Assembly (NCBI GenBank): GCA_013816855.1
Contig: JACDDT010000005.1
Span: forward strand, 2,345 to 66,344
Direction: 5' to 3'
DNA length: 64,000 bases
From: Gemmatimonadaceae bacterium
GTDB taxonomy: Bacteria; Gemmatimonadota; Gemmatimonadetes; Gemmatimonadales; Gemmatimonadaceae
Shown here one piece after another: positions 8,877 to 18,522 of the stretch (its first letter is position 1; each line of letters starts with the position of its first letter). The position numbers and the translations under genes are program-made. Below the pieces are notes generated by a model. It did no database searches and was not told where the DNA came from. It saw only the letters and a program-made list of their open reading frames with translations.

Positions 8877-9944
8877 CTATTTTCCGCCGCGGTTCCGGAT
8901 GTTGGCGTCCCAATACTTCATCCACTCGTCGAGGTGGGCAGCCATTATCTCGCGGTCCACCGGCATCGGCTTGATCTGCTTCAGCGCGTCCTGAATCCAC
9001 CCCGGAAGCTGCGCGGCAGGAATGTCCTTCCGTGCGGGAATGCGGAGAAACTGCTTCGCCGACTCGATCAGCACGTCCGGTCGAGTGACGTACTCGTAGT
9101 ACAGCTTCGACTCGGCGGGATGATGCGTGCCCTTCACAATGGCGATACCGTCCACCAGCAGAGGAGTCCCGCTTTCCGGGATCACGTACTTTACGGGAAT
9201 CTTCGTCCGCTGTTCGAGCGTGGCGATGTCGGGCATGTCCCACATCGTGACCGTGCCTTCCTGCCGGCCTATCTTCTGATAGAGAATCGTCGGATTCAAA
9301 ACGTACTCGCGCGTGTTCGCGTCGAGACGCCGCAGCCACGCATATCCCGAATCCGGTTTCCCCGTCTGCTGCATCGAGCGAACCATGATAGCGCCGAAGA
9401 TCGCGCGCATCGTGCCCGACGCGATCGGATCGCGGATGACGACTTTCCCTTTCCACTTCGGATCGAGCAGCTGATCCCAATCCTTCGGTGCATCTGCTTC
9501 CGTTACGGCCTGGGAGTTGTAGGCGATGACTTCGGGAGTCAGATACGTCCCGAACCAATTGTCCGACGCGTCCTTCCCTTCCCCATCGATCGCAGAGGCC
9601 CACGTCGGCTTGTAGGGCTCGAGAAGATTTTGCTTCGCGCCCTTGTCGAACGTTTCCGCCGGCGCACCGAACCACACGTCAGCCTGCGGGTTCGCCGCCT
9701 CTGCCCGAACACGATCGAGAATCTCCTGCGAACCCATATCCACCCACTGAACGTCTATGTTCGGATGTGCTTTCTCAAACCTCTTCTCGAGGAAATCGAG
9801 CAGCTCCTTCCCATGCGGCGAATAGACAGTGAGGACGATGCGCTTGTCGCTGCTGCACGCCACCGCGCCTGCGATCGCAAATGCACCGATGGCTGCGCGT
9901 AGAAGAGAGCGCATGCGCATTCTGTCCGGGAAGCGATGCATCAT
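8877..9944 (-). CDS. ABC solute-binding lipoprotein (AfuA/FbpA-like fold)
   Basis: Lipobox AVAC; NPQADVWFG, PKDWDQLLDPKWKGKV, DPIASGT, IPESGT motifs; ATGA overlap with upstream gene. Confidence 0.88.
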   Translation of the reverse strand: MMHRFPDRMRMRSLLRAAIGAFAIAGAVACSSDKRIVLTVYSPHGKELLDFLEKRFEKAHPNIDVQWVDMGSQEILDRVRAEAANPQADVWFGAPAETFDKGAKQNLLEPYKPTWASAIDGEGKDASDNWFGTYLTPEVIAYNSQAVTEADAPKDWDQLLDPKWKGKVVIRDPIASGTMRAIFGAIMVRSMQQTGKPDSGYAWLRRLDANTREYVLNPTILYQKIGRQEGTVTMWDMPDIATLEQRTKIPVKYVIPESGTPLLVDGIAIVKGTHHPAESKLYYEYVTRPDVLIESAKQFLRIPARKDIPAAQLPGWIQDALKQIKPMPVDREIMAAHLDEWMKYWDANIRNRGGK

Positions 9945-12313
9945 TTACCCCCCAGCAGATTGGCGAAGATGCGCGCGCCGCCGCTGACGCCGGCGGGAAG
10001 CTGGCGGAACAGTGCGAGCGGAACGTAGAAGTACGTTCCTTTCCCGAACGTCGTGTAGATGATCGCATTATTGTTGGCCGGTTCGCCCGGGTCGTTCATC
10101 GACATTATCGAGTGATAGTGCGCGTCCATCTTGATCGGCATGTAGAGCGCGCGCTCTTGCACCCATCCAGCGAAATCCTGTTGCGTGATCTTATTCGGTG
10201 TGTTGAGAACGGGAGATCCGGCGTCGACAATCGTGACCGCCGCATTCTCATCGGTGACGCGGTCGTGCGGATTTCGAATGGTGATCGGATACGGCATCAA
10301 GCCCGGCCGCATCAGCTCGTACTGCCCGTACTGGACGACGAGGCGGCCACCATTCTTCACGTACTCGAGGAGGTAGCTGTTGTTGTCGCGCAGCTCCTGA
10401 CTCGCCTGATACGCGCGCGGGCCCACAACTATGGTAGTGAACCTGCCGAGCTCGACCGTTGGAATGTCGCGCGGCTGAACGACCGTCATCGGCACGCCCA
10501 TCTCTTCGAGCATCGGCTCGACGTTGTCGCCGACGCCGGGTACGTACGCGACGTTGAGATTTTTCGGCAGCGCGACGTCGATCGTGTTCAGCGTCATCGT
10601 CGCTGGACGATATAGCGTGCGCGGAGTGATGTGCTCATACTCGATCGGAACGTATCCGCTTGAGTATGTCTTCCCCCCCGCCGATGCCGTTGCACCAAGC
10701 GTGTAACTGCCTTTCGGTAGCGTGCCGCGAAGGTGGAACGTAACTCGTCGCGTCGAGCCGAGCGCCATGGTACCGGTGCGCGCTGCGGAATCGGCGATGA
10801 GTCCGGCCGGGAGATTAAGTCTCACCGTGACCGGCGTGGTGTCGCTGAGCGCGGAGCGCAGCGTGACTCCGATGAAGCGGTCAAGCGGCACGCCAGCGCG
10901 CGCGATCTCGACGGTTCGGTCGAGCGTCAGAGAGATTCCAGGCGCCACCATCAGTGGCCGTTGGATGTCACCGTGGACAGGATCGGCGTAGTGGTAGACG
11001 ATCGGGCTGCGAACAAGACGAACGCCTGGCTGATTTGCATTGAACATCCCAGCCATCGTCGGATTACCGTCGCCGATCCAAACCGGTACGTTGATGCTCG
11101 GTGTCTCGAGAATCGCTCGTTGATCCTCGGATCGCGCACTACCGAGTGGACCGATCGACTGAGAGAATAGATCATCGCGACGCGGCGTTTGAAGCCACCA
11201 CGGCTGAGTGAGCACGCCCCTGGCGTAGGTGACGCTCCAACCGAACGAGGAATCAGGCGCAAGAGTACGGGGTACCTCTCTCCCGGAGGAATCCCGCCCG
11301 CCGATTACTAGCTCTGATTTGCCCCTGTTGAAAACGGTCACCCTGACTTTTGCGTTTTCGCCCTGCGCCACGGCCTGGCGATCCGCCACTGCTTCCACCG
11401 CCAAATTCGCGAGGAGGCGAACTGTGCTGACCGAATCCACCGGCACGATGAGAGGCGTTGTGTCGATCCCGTCAAACATCGACTTCTCCATCTTCGCACC
11501 CGCCGGTGCCGGAACTCTACTGTCCACGCGAATGAGATAACTCTTCACCACACCCTTTCTCTTCAGCGTTCCGAAGCCCTGTGACTTGTGCTGCGATCTG
11601 CTCTGCGCAGCGATCTCCGCGTACGATTCTCCCAGCACCGGATTGTATTCGCCGACATTTATCGTCAGCGTTGCGAGCTGCGGATCCTGCCGGCCAGTCC
11701 GGTAATACTTCGAAACGCGCCACGGCTTACCGTACTCCGCAATCGGAAACTGAATCGTGTCCACGGCGGCGGAATCATACGCCTGGCGGGCGAGAATGGC
11801 AGACACCTGATGCTGCCCGTGGCCATCGCGAGGAGTACCCGCAAAGAATGCAATGATCACCTGCGGTTTGAACGTACGCACGACCTTGACCACGTCACCC
11901 AGAAGCGAAAAGCGGGGCCAGTGCGAGAACGCTTCATCCGCAGTCTTCGAGAAACCGAAATCATAGGCGCGCGTGAAATACTGATGCGCACCGTCGATTC
12001 TCCTCGCCGCCAGCAGCTCTTCGGTGCGAATCACGCCGAGTGCTTCACCAAGCTCGTTCCCGATGAGGTTCTGTCCGCCATCGCCCCTCGTCAGCGAGAG
12101 ATACGCCGTGTTCACGTGCTGCCCACGGGCGAGCCACGTGATGAGGCCGGTGTCTTCGTCATCGGGATGCGCCGCCACTGTCAGCACGCGCATCGGATTA
12201 GAGAGGCTAGCAATACGATCGTTGATAGCCGTCGAGCCCGCTGATTGCGCGCGCATCTCGTGCGCGGAGGCGAAAAGGCAAATCGCGGCCGCGAATATTC
12301 TTGGTCGTTTCAT
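9941..12313 (-). CDS. Secreted PIG-L/LmbE-family deacetylase with NEW3-like and GATase-like C-terminal domains
   Basis: AAHPDDEDTG, LTRGDGGQN, GHGQHQ metal motifs; signal peptide from ATG 12313 (ORF track starts at 12445, overlapping sucA). Confidence 0.88.
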   Translation of the reverse strand: MKRPRIFAAAICLFASAHEMRAQSAGSTAINDRIASLSNPMRVLTVAAHPDDEDTGLITWLARGQHVNTAYLSLTRGDGGQNLIGNELGEALGVIRTEELLAARRIDGAHQYFTRAYDFGFSKTADEAFSHWPRFSLLGDVVKVVRTFKPQVIIAFFAGTPRDGHGQHQVSAILARQAYDSAAVDTIQFPIAEYGKPWRVSKYYRTGRQDPQLATLTINVGEYNPVLGESYAEIAAQSRSQHKSQGFGTLKRKGVVKSYLIRVDSRVPAPAGAKMEKSMFDGIDTTPLIVPVDSVSTVRLLANLAVEAVADRQAVAQGENAKVRVTVFNRGKSELVIGGRDSSGREVPRTLAPDSSFGWSVTYARGVLTQPWWLQTPRRDDLFSQSIGPLGSARSEDQRAILETPSINVPVWIGDGNPTMAGMFNANQPGVRLVRSPIVYHYADPVHGDIQRPLMVAPGISLTLDRTVEIARAGVPLDRFIGVTLRSALSDTTPVTVRLNLPAGLIADSAARTGTMALGSTRRVTFHLRGTLPKGSYTLGATASAGGKTYSSGYVPIEYEHITPRTLYRPATMTLNTIDVALPKNLNVAYVPGVGDNVEPMLEEMGVPMTVVQPRDIPTVELGRFTTIVVGPRAYQASQELRDNNSYLLEYVKNGGRLVVQYGQYELMRPGLMPYPITIRNPHDRVTDENAAVTIVDAGSPVLNTPNKITQQDFAGWVQERALYMPIKMDAHYHSIMSMNDPGEPANNNAIIYTTFGKGTYFYVPLALFRQLPAGVSGGARIFANLLGGK

Positions 12314-12338
12314 AATGTTGTCGGGTGCGGTGTGGCGC

Positions 12339-15119
12339 TCAGGTTTTAAGCGCCACTCCACGCTTTCTCGCGCTCGTGGACTGTTGCATCGGCGCACCGA
12401 CTTCGGCGATGATGCGATCCTGCTCCCTCTTGTGGGCCTCGGCATAGCCTTCCGCCGGGCTCGCGCGATCCGGTCTCCCGATGTAGCGCATCACCAGTGC
12501 GTTGCCGGTCGAGACGCGGAGACGCGGCGCCGCGTATGACCACGCGCCCATGTTCTTCGGCTCTTCCTGCGCCCAAACCACTTCCTCGAGATTCGGGTAG
12601 AGATCCACAATCTCTGCGACAGCAGTGCCGGGCCACGGATACAGCTCTTCGATTCTCACCAGCGCGATGTGTGGCGCACGGACGGGGAGAAGATCGTAAT
12701 ACATCTTTCCCGTGCAGAAGACGAGACGCTTCACCGTTTCGCGCTCCGCCACCGACGAATCGTTGATCACGTGCTGGAACGACCCGTTCGTCAGGTCGAT
12801 CAGCTTCGACGCCGCTTCAGGCAGACGCAGCAAACTCTTCGGCTGCATCAAAATGAGTGGGCGCCGCTGCGCGAGCCGCGCTTGCCTTCTCAAAATGTGG
12901 AAATACTGCGCGGGCGTGGATGGATACGCGACCCGCATGTTGTTCTCACCACAGAGCTGGAGGAATCTCTCGAGACGCGCGCTCGAGTGCTCCGGGCCAC
13001 CGCCTTCGTATCCATGGGGGAGCAGCATCACAATCCCGGAATCCTGCGCCCACTTCGCGCGGTCGGCAGAAATGAACTGATCGATGACCGGCTGCGCGAC
13101 GTTCACGAAATCGCCGTACTGCGCTTCCCACAGAGAGAGTGTCCGCTCGGACTGGGTGCTGTAACCGTACTCAAAGCCGAGCACCGCCGTCTCGGAAAGC
13201 GGGCTGTTGAACACTTCGAAGTTCCCGAGTGTGCCGCTCTGATTGAGATGCTTGAGCGGAATGTATAGCTCGCCACTCTCGGAGTCGTGCAGTACCGCCT
13301 GACGGTGCGAAAACGTTCCGCGCTCCACATCCTGGCCGGTGAGGCGCACAGATACTTTTTCCGTCAGCAGCGATCCAAACGCGAGCGCCTCGGCGTGTCC
13401 CCAATCGATGCCGCCCTGCTCGCCGAACGCATCACGTCTCCGCGCCAGAGTTTTCGCGAGGCGCGGGTTCACCTTGAGTGAAGACGGCCACGCGAGCAGC
13501 TGCTCGTTCAATGCGACGAGAAGCTCGGTGCGCACCGCGGTCTCGGCGGACGTATCGCCGTCCGCCGGCTGCGATGGATCCTTCGCAGCAGCTTTTTTCG
13601 CGGGAACGTTCTGCTGCGCCGCTTTCATCGCCAACTGGCACTGCTCGAAGTTCCCGAAGATTTCCGCGTCGAGATTCTTCACTTCGTCGTCCGTGACCAC
13701 GCCATCGGCCACGAGTTTTGTCGCCCACACTCTTACAGGCGTCGGGTGCGCGCGCACCTTCTCGTAGAGCTTCGGCTGCGTGAACGCCGGCTCGTCTGTT
13801 TCGTTGTGTCCGTGCCTGCGATATCCGACGAGATCGATGAGGAAATCGCGCGCGAACTTCGAGCGGTACTCGATTCCCAGCCGCATCGCCTGCAAACACG
13901 CCGCGGGATCATCAGCGTTCACGTGGACGATGGGTACCTCGAATCCCTTCGCAAGATCGCTCGCATAGTGCGTCGAGCGCGCGTCGAGCGGATCTGTCGT
14001 GAAGCCAACCTGGTTGTTGACGATGATGTGAATCGTCCCGCCCGTCCTGAATCCGTGCAGGCGCGAAAGATTCAGCGTTTCGGCAACGACTCCCTCGCCG
14101 GGGAACGCTGCGTCGCCGTGCACGACAATCGGAACCACACGTGATTCGTCGCGCGAACCGTCGACGTTCTGCTGATGCGCGCGCGCAACACCTTGAAGCA
14201 CGGGATTCACGAACTCCAGGTGGCTCGGGTTCGGGGTGAGCAGCACGAGCATTTTCTTCCCCGATACGGTCGTGCGCTCCGCTCTCTCGCCGAGGTGATA
14301 CTTCACATCGCCGGTCTCGCTCACCGCGCCGGTGTTCGGATGACCCTCGAACTCCTCGAAGATCGTCTCGTACGTCTTGCCGATAGTGTGCGCGAGAACA
14401 TTGATCCGGCCACGGTGTGCCATCGCCATCATCACTTCATCCGCGCCCGTCGCCGCAGCGTGCTCGATCGCTTCATCCAGCATCGGAACCAGTGCGTCGT
14501 TCCCCTCGATGGAGAAGCGCTTGTATCCCTGATACACTCTGCCGAGGAATCGCTCAAGCCCGTCAACTTCAGTGAGGCGACGGAGAACCGCTTTCTTCAG
14601 CTCTGGCGTGAGATCGGCGTGAACTTCGCCGGATTCGATTTTCCCTCTCAGCCACTCACGCTCCTCGGCGTGGCCAAGGTGCGCGAACTCGAAGCCGATG
14701 TTCGACGAATAGAGCGAGCGAAGACGATCCACGACATCCGCGGCCGTGGCGTCTTCAGGTGTGCCGCCTACTACGCTTCCCGGAATCCGTGCAAGCGCAC
14801 CCTCATCGAGGCCGTGAAATTCCGCGGACAGCTCTGGCGTTCCCAAAGGCTGGGTTCCGAGCGGGTCGATAGCAACCGCAAGGTGTCCGTATGTGCGTAT
14901 CGCATCGATGAGTTTTGCGGCGGACGCGACGGTGCGAAGAAGCGATGGGTCGCTCGTTTCGGCTGCCGCGCCCGGTGAAGTGGTCGCAACAAGAGTTCCC
15001 GCGAATCTGAAAAACTGCCGCCACGACTCATCTACCGATGCGGGGTCGTTCCTGAACGCATCGTATTGCTCGGCGATGTAGCCATCGTTGAAAACGCTCG
15101 TGATCGGGCCGTTTCCCAT
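12339..15119 (-). CDS. sucA: 2-oxoglutarate dehydrogenase E1 component
   Basis: KRFSIEG, MAHRGRIN, GDVKYHLG, NPSHLE, TPP motif HGDAAFPGEG...NN, WEAQYGDF, PHGYEGGGPEHSSARLERFLQL. Confidence 0.97.
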   Translation of the reverse strand: MGNGPITSVFNDGYIAEQYDAFRNDPASVDESWRQFFRFAGTLVATTSPGAAAETSDPSLLRTVASAAKLIDAIRTYGHLAVAIDPLGTQPLGTPELSAEFHGLDEGALARIPGSVVGGTPEDATAADVVDRLRSLYSSNIGFEFAHLGHAEEREWLRGKIESGEVHADLTPELKKAVLRRLTEVDGLERFLGRVYQGYKRFSIEGNDALVPMLDEAIEHAAATGADEVMMAMAHRGRINVLAHTIGKTYETIFEEFEGHPNTGAVSETGDVKYHLGERAERTTVSGKKMLVLLTPNPSHLEFVNPVLQGVARAHQQNVDGSRDESRVVPIVVHGDAAFPGEGVVAETLNLSRLHGFRTGGTIHIIVNNQVGFTTDPLDARSTHYASDLAKGFEVPIVHVNADDPAACLQAMRLGIEYRSKFARDFLIDLVGYRRHGHNETDEPAFTQPKLYEKVRAHPTPVRVWATKLVADGVVTDDEVKNLDAEIFGNFEQCQLAMKAAQQNVPAKKAAAKDPSQPADGDTSAETAVRTELLVALNEQLLAWPSSLKVNPRLAKTLARRRDAFGEQGGIDWGHAEALAFGSLLTEKVSVRLTGQDVERGTFSHRQAVLHDSESGELYIPLKHLNQSGTLGNFEVFNSPLSETAVLGFEYGYSTQSERTLSLWEAQYGDFVNVAQPVIDQFISADRAKWAQDSGIVMLLPHGYEGGGPEHSSARLERFLQLCGENNMRVAYPSTPAQYFHILRRQARLAQRRPLILMQPKSLLRLPEAASKLIDLTNGSFQHVINDSSVAERETVKRLVFCTGKMYYDLLPVRAPHIALVRIEELYPWPGTAVAEIVDLYPNLEEVVWAQEEPKNMGAWSYAAPRLRVSTGNALVMRYIGRPDRASPAEGYAEAHKREQDRIIAEVGAPMQQSTSARKRGVALKT

Positions 15120-15133
15120 AGCCCTAATCTAAC

Positions 15134-15165
15134 AAAAAACCCCACGCTCTCGCGTGGGGCCTTTT
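15134..15165. terminator. Intrinsic terminator after the glycine-zipper lipoprotein gene, possibly bidirectional
   Basis: Stem CCCCACGC/GCGTGGGG with an A6 tract on one side and TTTT on the other. Confidence 0.8.
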
Positions 15166-15185
15166 ATCGCTGAATTCCAGCTCCT

Positions 15186-15680
15186 TTAGTACTTCTTGGT
15201 CTTGTCTACGTTGTTACCGATCACGCCGCCGAGGATCGCTCCGGCCGCACCACCAATGACCGCGCCCTTGACCTTGTTTCTGCTGGTCGTCGCGCCGATA
15301 ACCGCGCCCGCGACCGCGCCGATCGTAGCGTCACGCTTCGTGTTCTTCACGACTGTCGGCTGAGGAGCCGGTGACGAGTAAACCGTGCTGCCCGATGAAC
15401 CGCTGGACGAGCTTCCGCTCGAGCGTACTGGACGGTCACGATAAACTACGCGCGTACGGGTCGGCGCTGGTGCCGTTCTAGTCACGGTCGTTGTCGGCGC
15501 GGTTCCGTTAAGCGCAGCGGCGCGCTCCGCGGCCGAAACGCTATCGAGCGGCGTGTAGGCACGGGCCGCGGCGGCGGTCGTCAGATCCGCGTTCAACGCC
15601 GAGTCGACGTTTTTGTTGTCTCCCTTGGCGCAGGCAAAGGCAACAAGCGCGACGGGCAGAACAATGAGTTTTTTCAACAT
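15186..15680 (-). CDS. Glycine-zipper (2TM/YMGG-like) lipoprotein
   Basis: Lipobox AFAC; C-terminal IGAVAGAVIG...GAVIGGAAGAILGGVIG; AGGAG RBS. Confidence 0.8.
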   Translation of the reverse strand: MLKKLIVLPVALVAFACAKGDNKNVDSALNADLTTAAAARAYTPLDSVSAAERAAALNGTAPTTTVTRTAPAPTRTRVVYRDRPVRSSGSSSSGSSGSTVYSSPAPQPTVVKNTKRDATIGAVAGAVIGATTSRNKVKGAVIGGAAGAILGGVIGNNVDKTKKY

Positions 15681-15742
15681 ATTGGGTCTCCTGCTTCAGT
15701 TTAGAATTGCCGCCTGAGTACGTCGGCGCGCTTAATAGTGGG

Positions 15743-15757
15743 GCAGGGACTATGCCA
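15743..15757 (-). promoter_or_regulatory. Putative sigma54 (-24/-12) promoter TGGCATAGTCCCTGC
   Basis: TGGCA-N6-CTGC with exact GG-N10-GC spacing, about 65 nt upstream of ATG 15680. Confidence 0.5.
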
Positions 15758-15782
15758 TACACTATAGTAGTGTATCCCCGAG

Positions 15783-17066
15783 TTAGGCGGCGCTAGCGGC
15801 TGTTAACGCCCGTTCCTCTTTAAGGGCGTCCTCAAGGGAGGGCGGCAGACTGAGACAGAATGTGCTTCCCTCGCCGAGGCCGGACTTAACGCTCAGGTCA
15901 CCATCGAGCATCTTCGCGAGCCTTTTCGAGATTGGCAGTCCGAGCCCCGTGCCCGGCTGCTTCGTTTCCGAAACCTGAACGAACTCCTCGAAGACTCTCA
16001 CCTGATCCTCTTCCGCGATTCCGACGCCGTGATCGAGTACTTCCACGACGACTCCCGCCTCTTCCGTACGTTTGCAGCGCACTTCGATCGGCTTTCCGTT
16101 TCCAAATTTGATCGCGTTCGAAAGAAGATTGAGAAGTATCTGACGAACGCGCCGGGGATCGCTTACGATGGTCACCGACTCCCCTTCCTGGCGGAGCGAA
16201 AGCTCGGAGCCGTACTCATCGGCGAGTGGTCGCACCGTCACGAAGAGATCCTCGACGATGGCGGGGAACGAAACAGGCTGCAGAGCTAGCTCGATCTTCC
16301 CCGCTTCAATCTTCGAGAGATCGAGGACGTCGTTCACGAGCTCGAGAAGATGCCGCGCCGCTTTAAGCGTCCGCTCCAAACCAAGCGACTGCTTCTCGTT
16401 GAGGGGACCGTAAATATTATCGAGCATGAGCGTGCTGTACCCGATCACCGCGTTTATCGGCGTGCGCAGCTCGTGGCTCATCGAAGCGTAAAATCTGTTG
16501 CGCGCTCCCATTGCCTGCTCCAGCGCCGTTTGCCGTCTCTTCAGTTCTTCATTGAGCTTGAAGACCATGCGCGCGGATTCCGCCTCGGCCTCCAGAAACC
16601 GGCTGCGGTGCTCGGCTTCCAGCGCGCGCTTCTCGCTGTCAAGGATTTGCCCCGCCTGTCGCTGAATCTCACGCTGCTTCAGGTACAGGTCGACGAACAC
16701 GTTCACCTTCGACTTCAGGACTTCCGGATTGAACGGCTTGAAAACGTAATCGACGGCACCGACGGAATATCCTTCGAATACGTACTCATCATCCTTGCTG
16801 ATCGCGCTGAGGAAAATGATCGGGATGTAACGCGACTTCTCGCGTGACTTCATGATCTTGGCGACCTCGAAGCCGTTCATGATCGGCATTTGCACGTCGA
16901 GCAGGATTACCGCGAAGTCGTCGGCGAGAAGCTTGCGGAGCGCTTCCTCACCCGATGCGGCGCGCACAAGATTTTGTCCGAGCGGCTCGAGAATCGCTTC
17001 GAGCGCGAGGAGATTCTCCGGGCGGTCGTCCACCATAAGAAGTTTTACGCGGTCGTCTGCCGTCAT
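15783..17066 (-). CDS. REC-HisKA-HATPase hybrid kinase with OsaB-like receiver
   Basis: LMVDDRPENLLALEAIL...LLDVQMP; [11 protein letters not shown]; NLLSNAIKF; GTGLGL. Confidence 0.92.
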   Translation of the reverse strand: MTADDRVKLLMVDDRPENLLALEAILEPLGQNLVRAASGEEALRKLLADDFAVILLDVQMPIMNGFEVAKIMKSREKSRYIPIIFLSAISKDDEYVFEGYSVGAVDYVFKPFNPEVLKSKVNVFVDLYLKQREIQRQAGQILDSEKRALEAEHRSRFLEAEAESARMVFKLNEELKRRQTALEQAMGARNRFYASMSHELRTPINAVIGYSTLMLDNIYGPLNEKQSLGLERTLKAARHLLELVNDVLDLSKIEAGKIELALQPVSFPAIVEDLFVTVRPLADEYGSELSLRQEGESVTIVSDPRRVRQILLNLLSNAIKFGNGKPIEVRCKRTEEAGVVVEVLDHGVGIAEEDQVRVFEEFVQVSETKQPGTGLGLPISKRLAKMLDGDLSVKSGLGEGSTFCLSLPPSLEDALKEERALTAASAA

Positions 17067-17656
17067 CCCGCCTTCCTCTTCATCTGCCCGGGCGCGTTCA
17101 CCATTCTCACTAATCTGGCCGGAATATCCTGCAATGGCAGTACCTCTGCGCTGGGTGAGGCACGTTTAGCCGCCTCGGGCATCACGGGCATCTCCGCCGT
17201 CTTCGGGTCCTCGACGATTCCCTGTCCGCCGAGGGCGATGATGCGTGCGAGTCCACGCGCGCCGTCGTCGTTCGCGCCGGTGAGAACCACCCCGATCGCT
17301 GCAGACCCGAATGAGCGGGCAACGGACTCGAACGCCACATCGATGGACGGGCGGCTATAGCGAAACGGCGCGTCGACCGTGAGCGAGACCTCCCCCGCAT
17401 CTACAAGCAGGTGATAATCCGCAGGTGCGACGTACACATGCGAAGGCAGCAGCGTGTCCTTATCCTCCGCCTCGTGAATCTTCAGATCGGAGATGTCCTG
17501 GAGCAGCTTAGCCAACAAGTTGTCGGAATCCTTGCTTCGATGCTGCACCACTATGATCGGTGAGCGAAAATCACCGGGAAGCGAGCTGAGGATACGCCCT
17601 AGCGCACTTAGCCCGCCCCACGACGTTCCGATCGCCACGACCCCTGGGGTAGTCAT
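17063..17656 (-). CDS. cheB: CheB-type methylesterase, catalytic domain only
   Basis: GTSWGG (Ser), VVQH (His), LTGANDDG (Asp); RPSIDV; no receiver domain. Confidence 0.9.
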   Translation of the reverse strand: MTTPGVVAIGTSWGGLSALGRILSSLPGDFRSPIIVVQHRSKDSDNLLAKLLQDISDLKIHEAEDKDTLLPSHVYVAPADYHLLVDAGEVSLTVDAPFRYSRPSIDVAFESVARSFGSAAIGVVLTGANDDGARGLARIIALGGQGIVEDPKTAEMPVMPEAAKRASPSAEVLPLQDIPARLVRMVNAPGQMKRKAG

Positions 17657-18522
17657 TTCACCTTCCGGTAAATCTTTTCACCGGAGACCTGCTCGTAACA
17701 CTGCTCATAGCGCATGAAGCGCATCGACTCTTTGCTGCCGAGACACAGCAAGCCGAACATGCTCAAGCTGCCGTAGAACAGCTCGTGCACCTTCGTCTGC
17801 AGCTCTTTGTCGAAATAGATGAGAACGTTGCGGCAGAGGATGACGTTGAACTCGCTGAACGACTTGTCGGTGACGAGGTTGTGCTGGGAAAAAACGACGT
17901 TCTTCGTCAGCGACGGACTGAACAGCGCGCCACCGTACTTGGCCGTATAGTACTCGGAGAACGAACTCTTGCCGCCTGCGCGGATGTAGTTGTCGGTGTA
18001 TTCCTGCATGCGGTCGATAGGAAAGATTCCGCCCTTTGCACGCTGCAGCACGACTTCATTGATATCCGTCGCGTAGATGCGTGACCGCTCGTAAAGCCCT
18101 TCCTCCTTGAGCAGGATGGCCATCGAAAAAACTTCTTCTCCGGTGGAACAACCCGCATGCCACAAGCGAATGAACGGGTACGTCCGCAGCATTGGAATTA
18201 CTTTCTCGCGAAACGCGACATAGAAGCCGGGGTCGCGGAACATCGCCGTGACGTTTATGGAGAGATCGAGCAGCAGCTTCTCCATCATTTCCGGCTCGTG
18301 AAGCACGCGCTCCTGCAACGCGCTCAGGCTCGTGAGCCCTTCGCTCTCAATGCGCTTCCAGAGCCGACGACGAATCGAGGCATACGCGTACGACCGGAAG
18401 TCGAAGCCATACTGCCGGTAAACGCCTTCCAGCAGCAGCTCGACCTCGATGCGCTCGAGATCCGGCTTCGCATCAGCCGCATCCCCTTGCTTGGGACGTA
18501 CTGTTTCTATCTGTACAGCCAC
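17653..18522 (-). CDS. cheR: CheR-type SAM-dependent protein-glutamate methyltransferase
   Basis: [43 protein letters not shown]; likely GTG start at 18522 overlapping the kinase end (ORF track start 18597). Confidence 0.92.
   Translation of the reverse strand: MAVQIETVRPKQGDAADAKPDLERIEVELLLEGVYRQYGFDFRSYAYASIRRRLWKRIESEGLTSLSALQERVLHEPEMMEKLLLDLSINVTAMFRDPGFYVAFREKVIPMLRTYPFIRLWHAGCSTGEEVFSMAILLKEEGLYERSRIYATDINEVVLQRAKGGIFPIDRMQEYTDNYIRAGGKSSFSEYYTAKYGGALFSPSLTKNVVFSQHNLVTDKSFSEFNVILCRNVLIYFDKELQTKVHELFYGSLSMFGLLCLGSKESMRFMRYEQCYEQVSGEKIYRKVK

Noticed and set aside
8344-9675. 443-aa alternative minus-strand ORF and similar Arg-rich ORFs (e.g. 28672..29784, 8934..9902, 62876..63649)
   Set aside because: Off-frame or antisense shadows of well-supported genes, expected at high GC.
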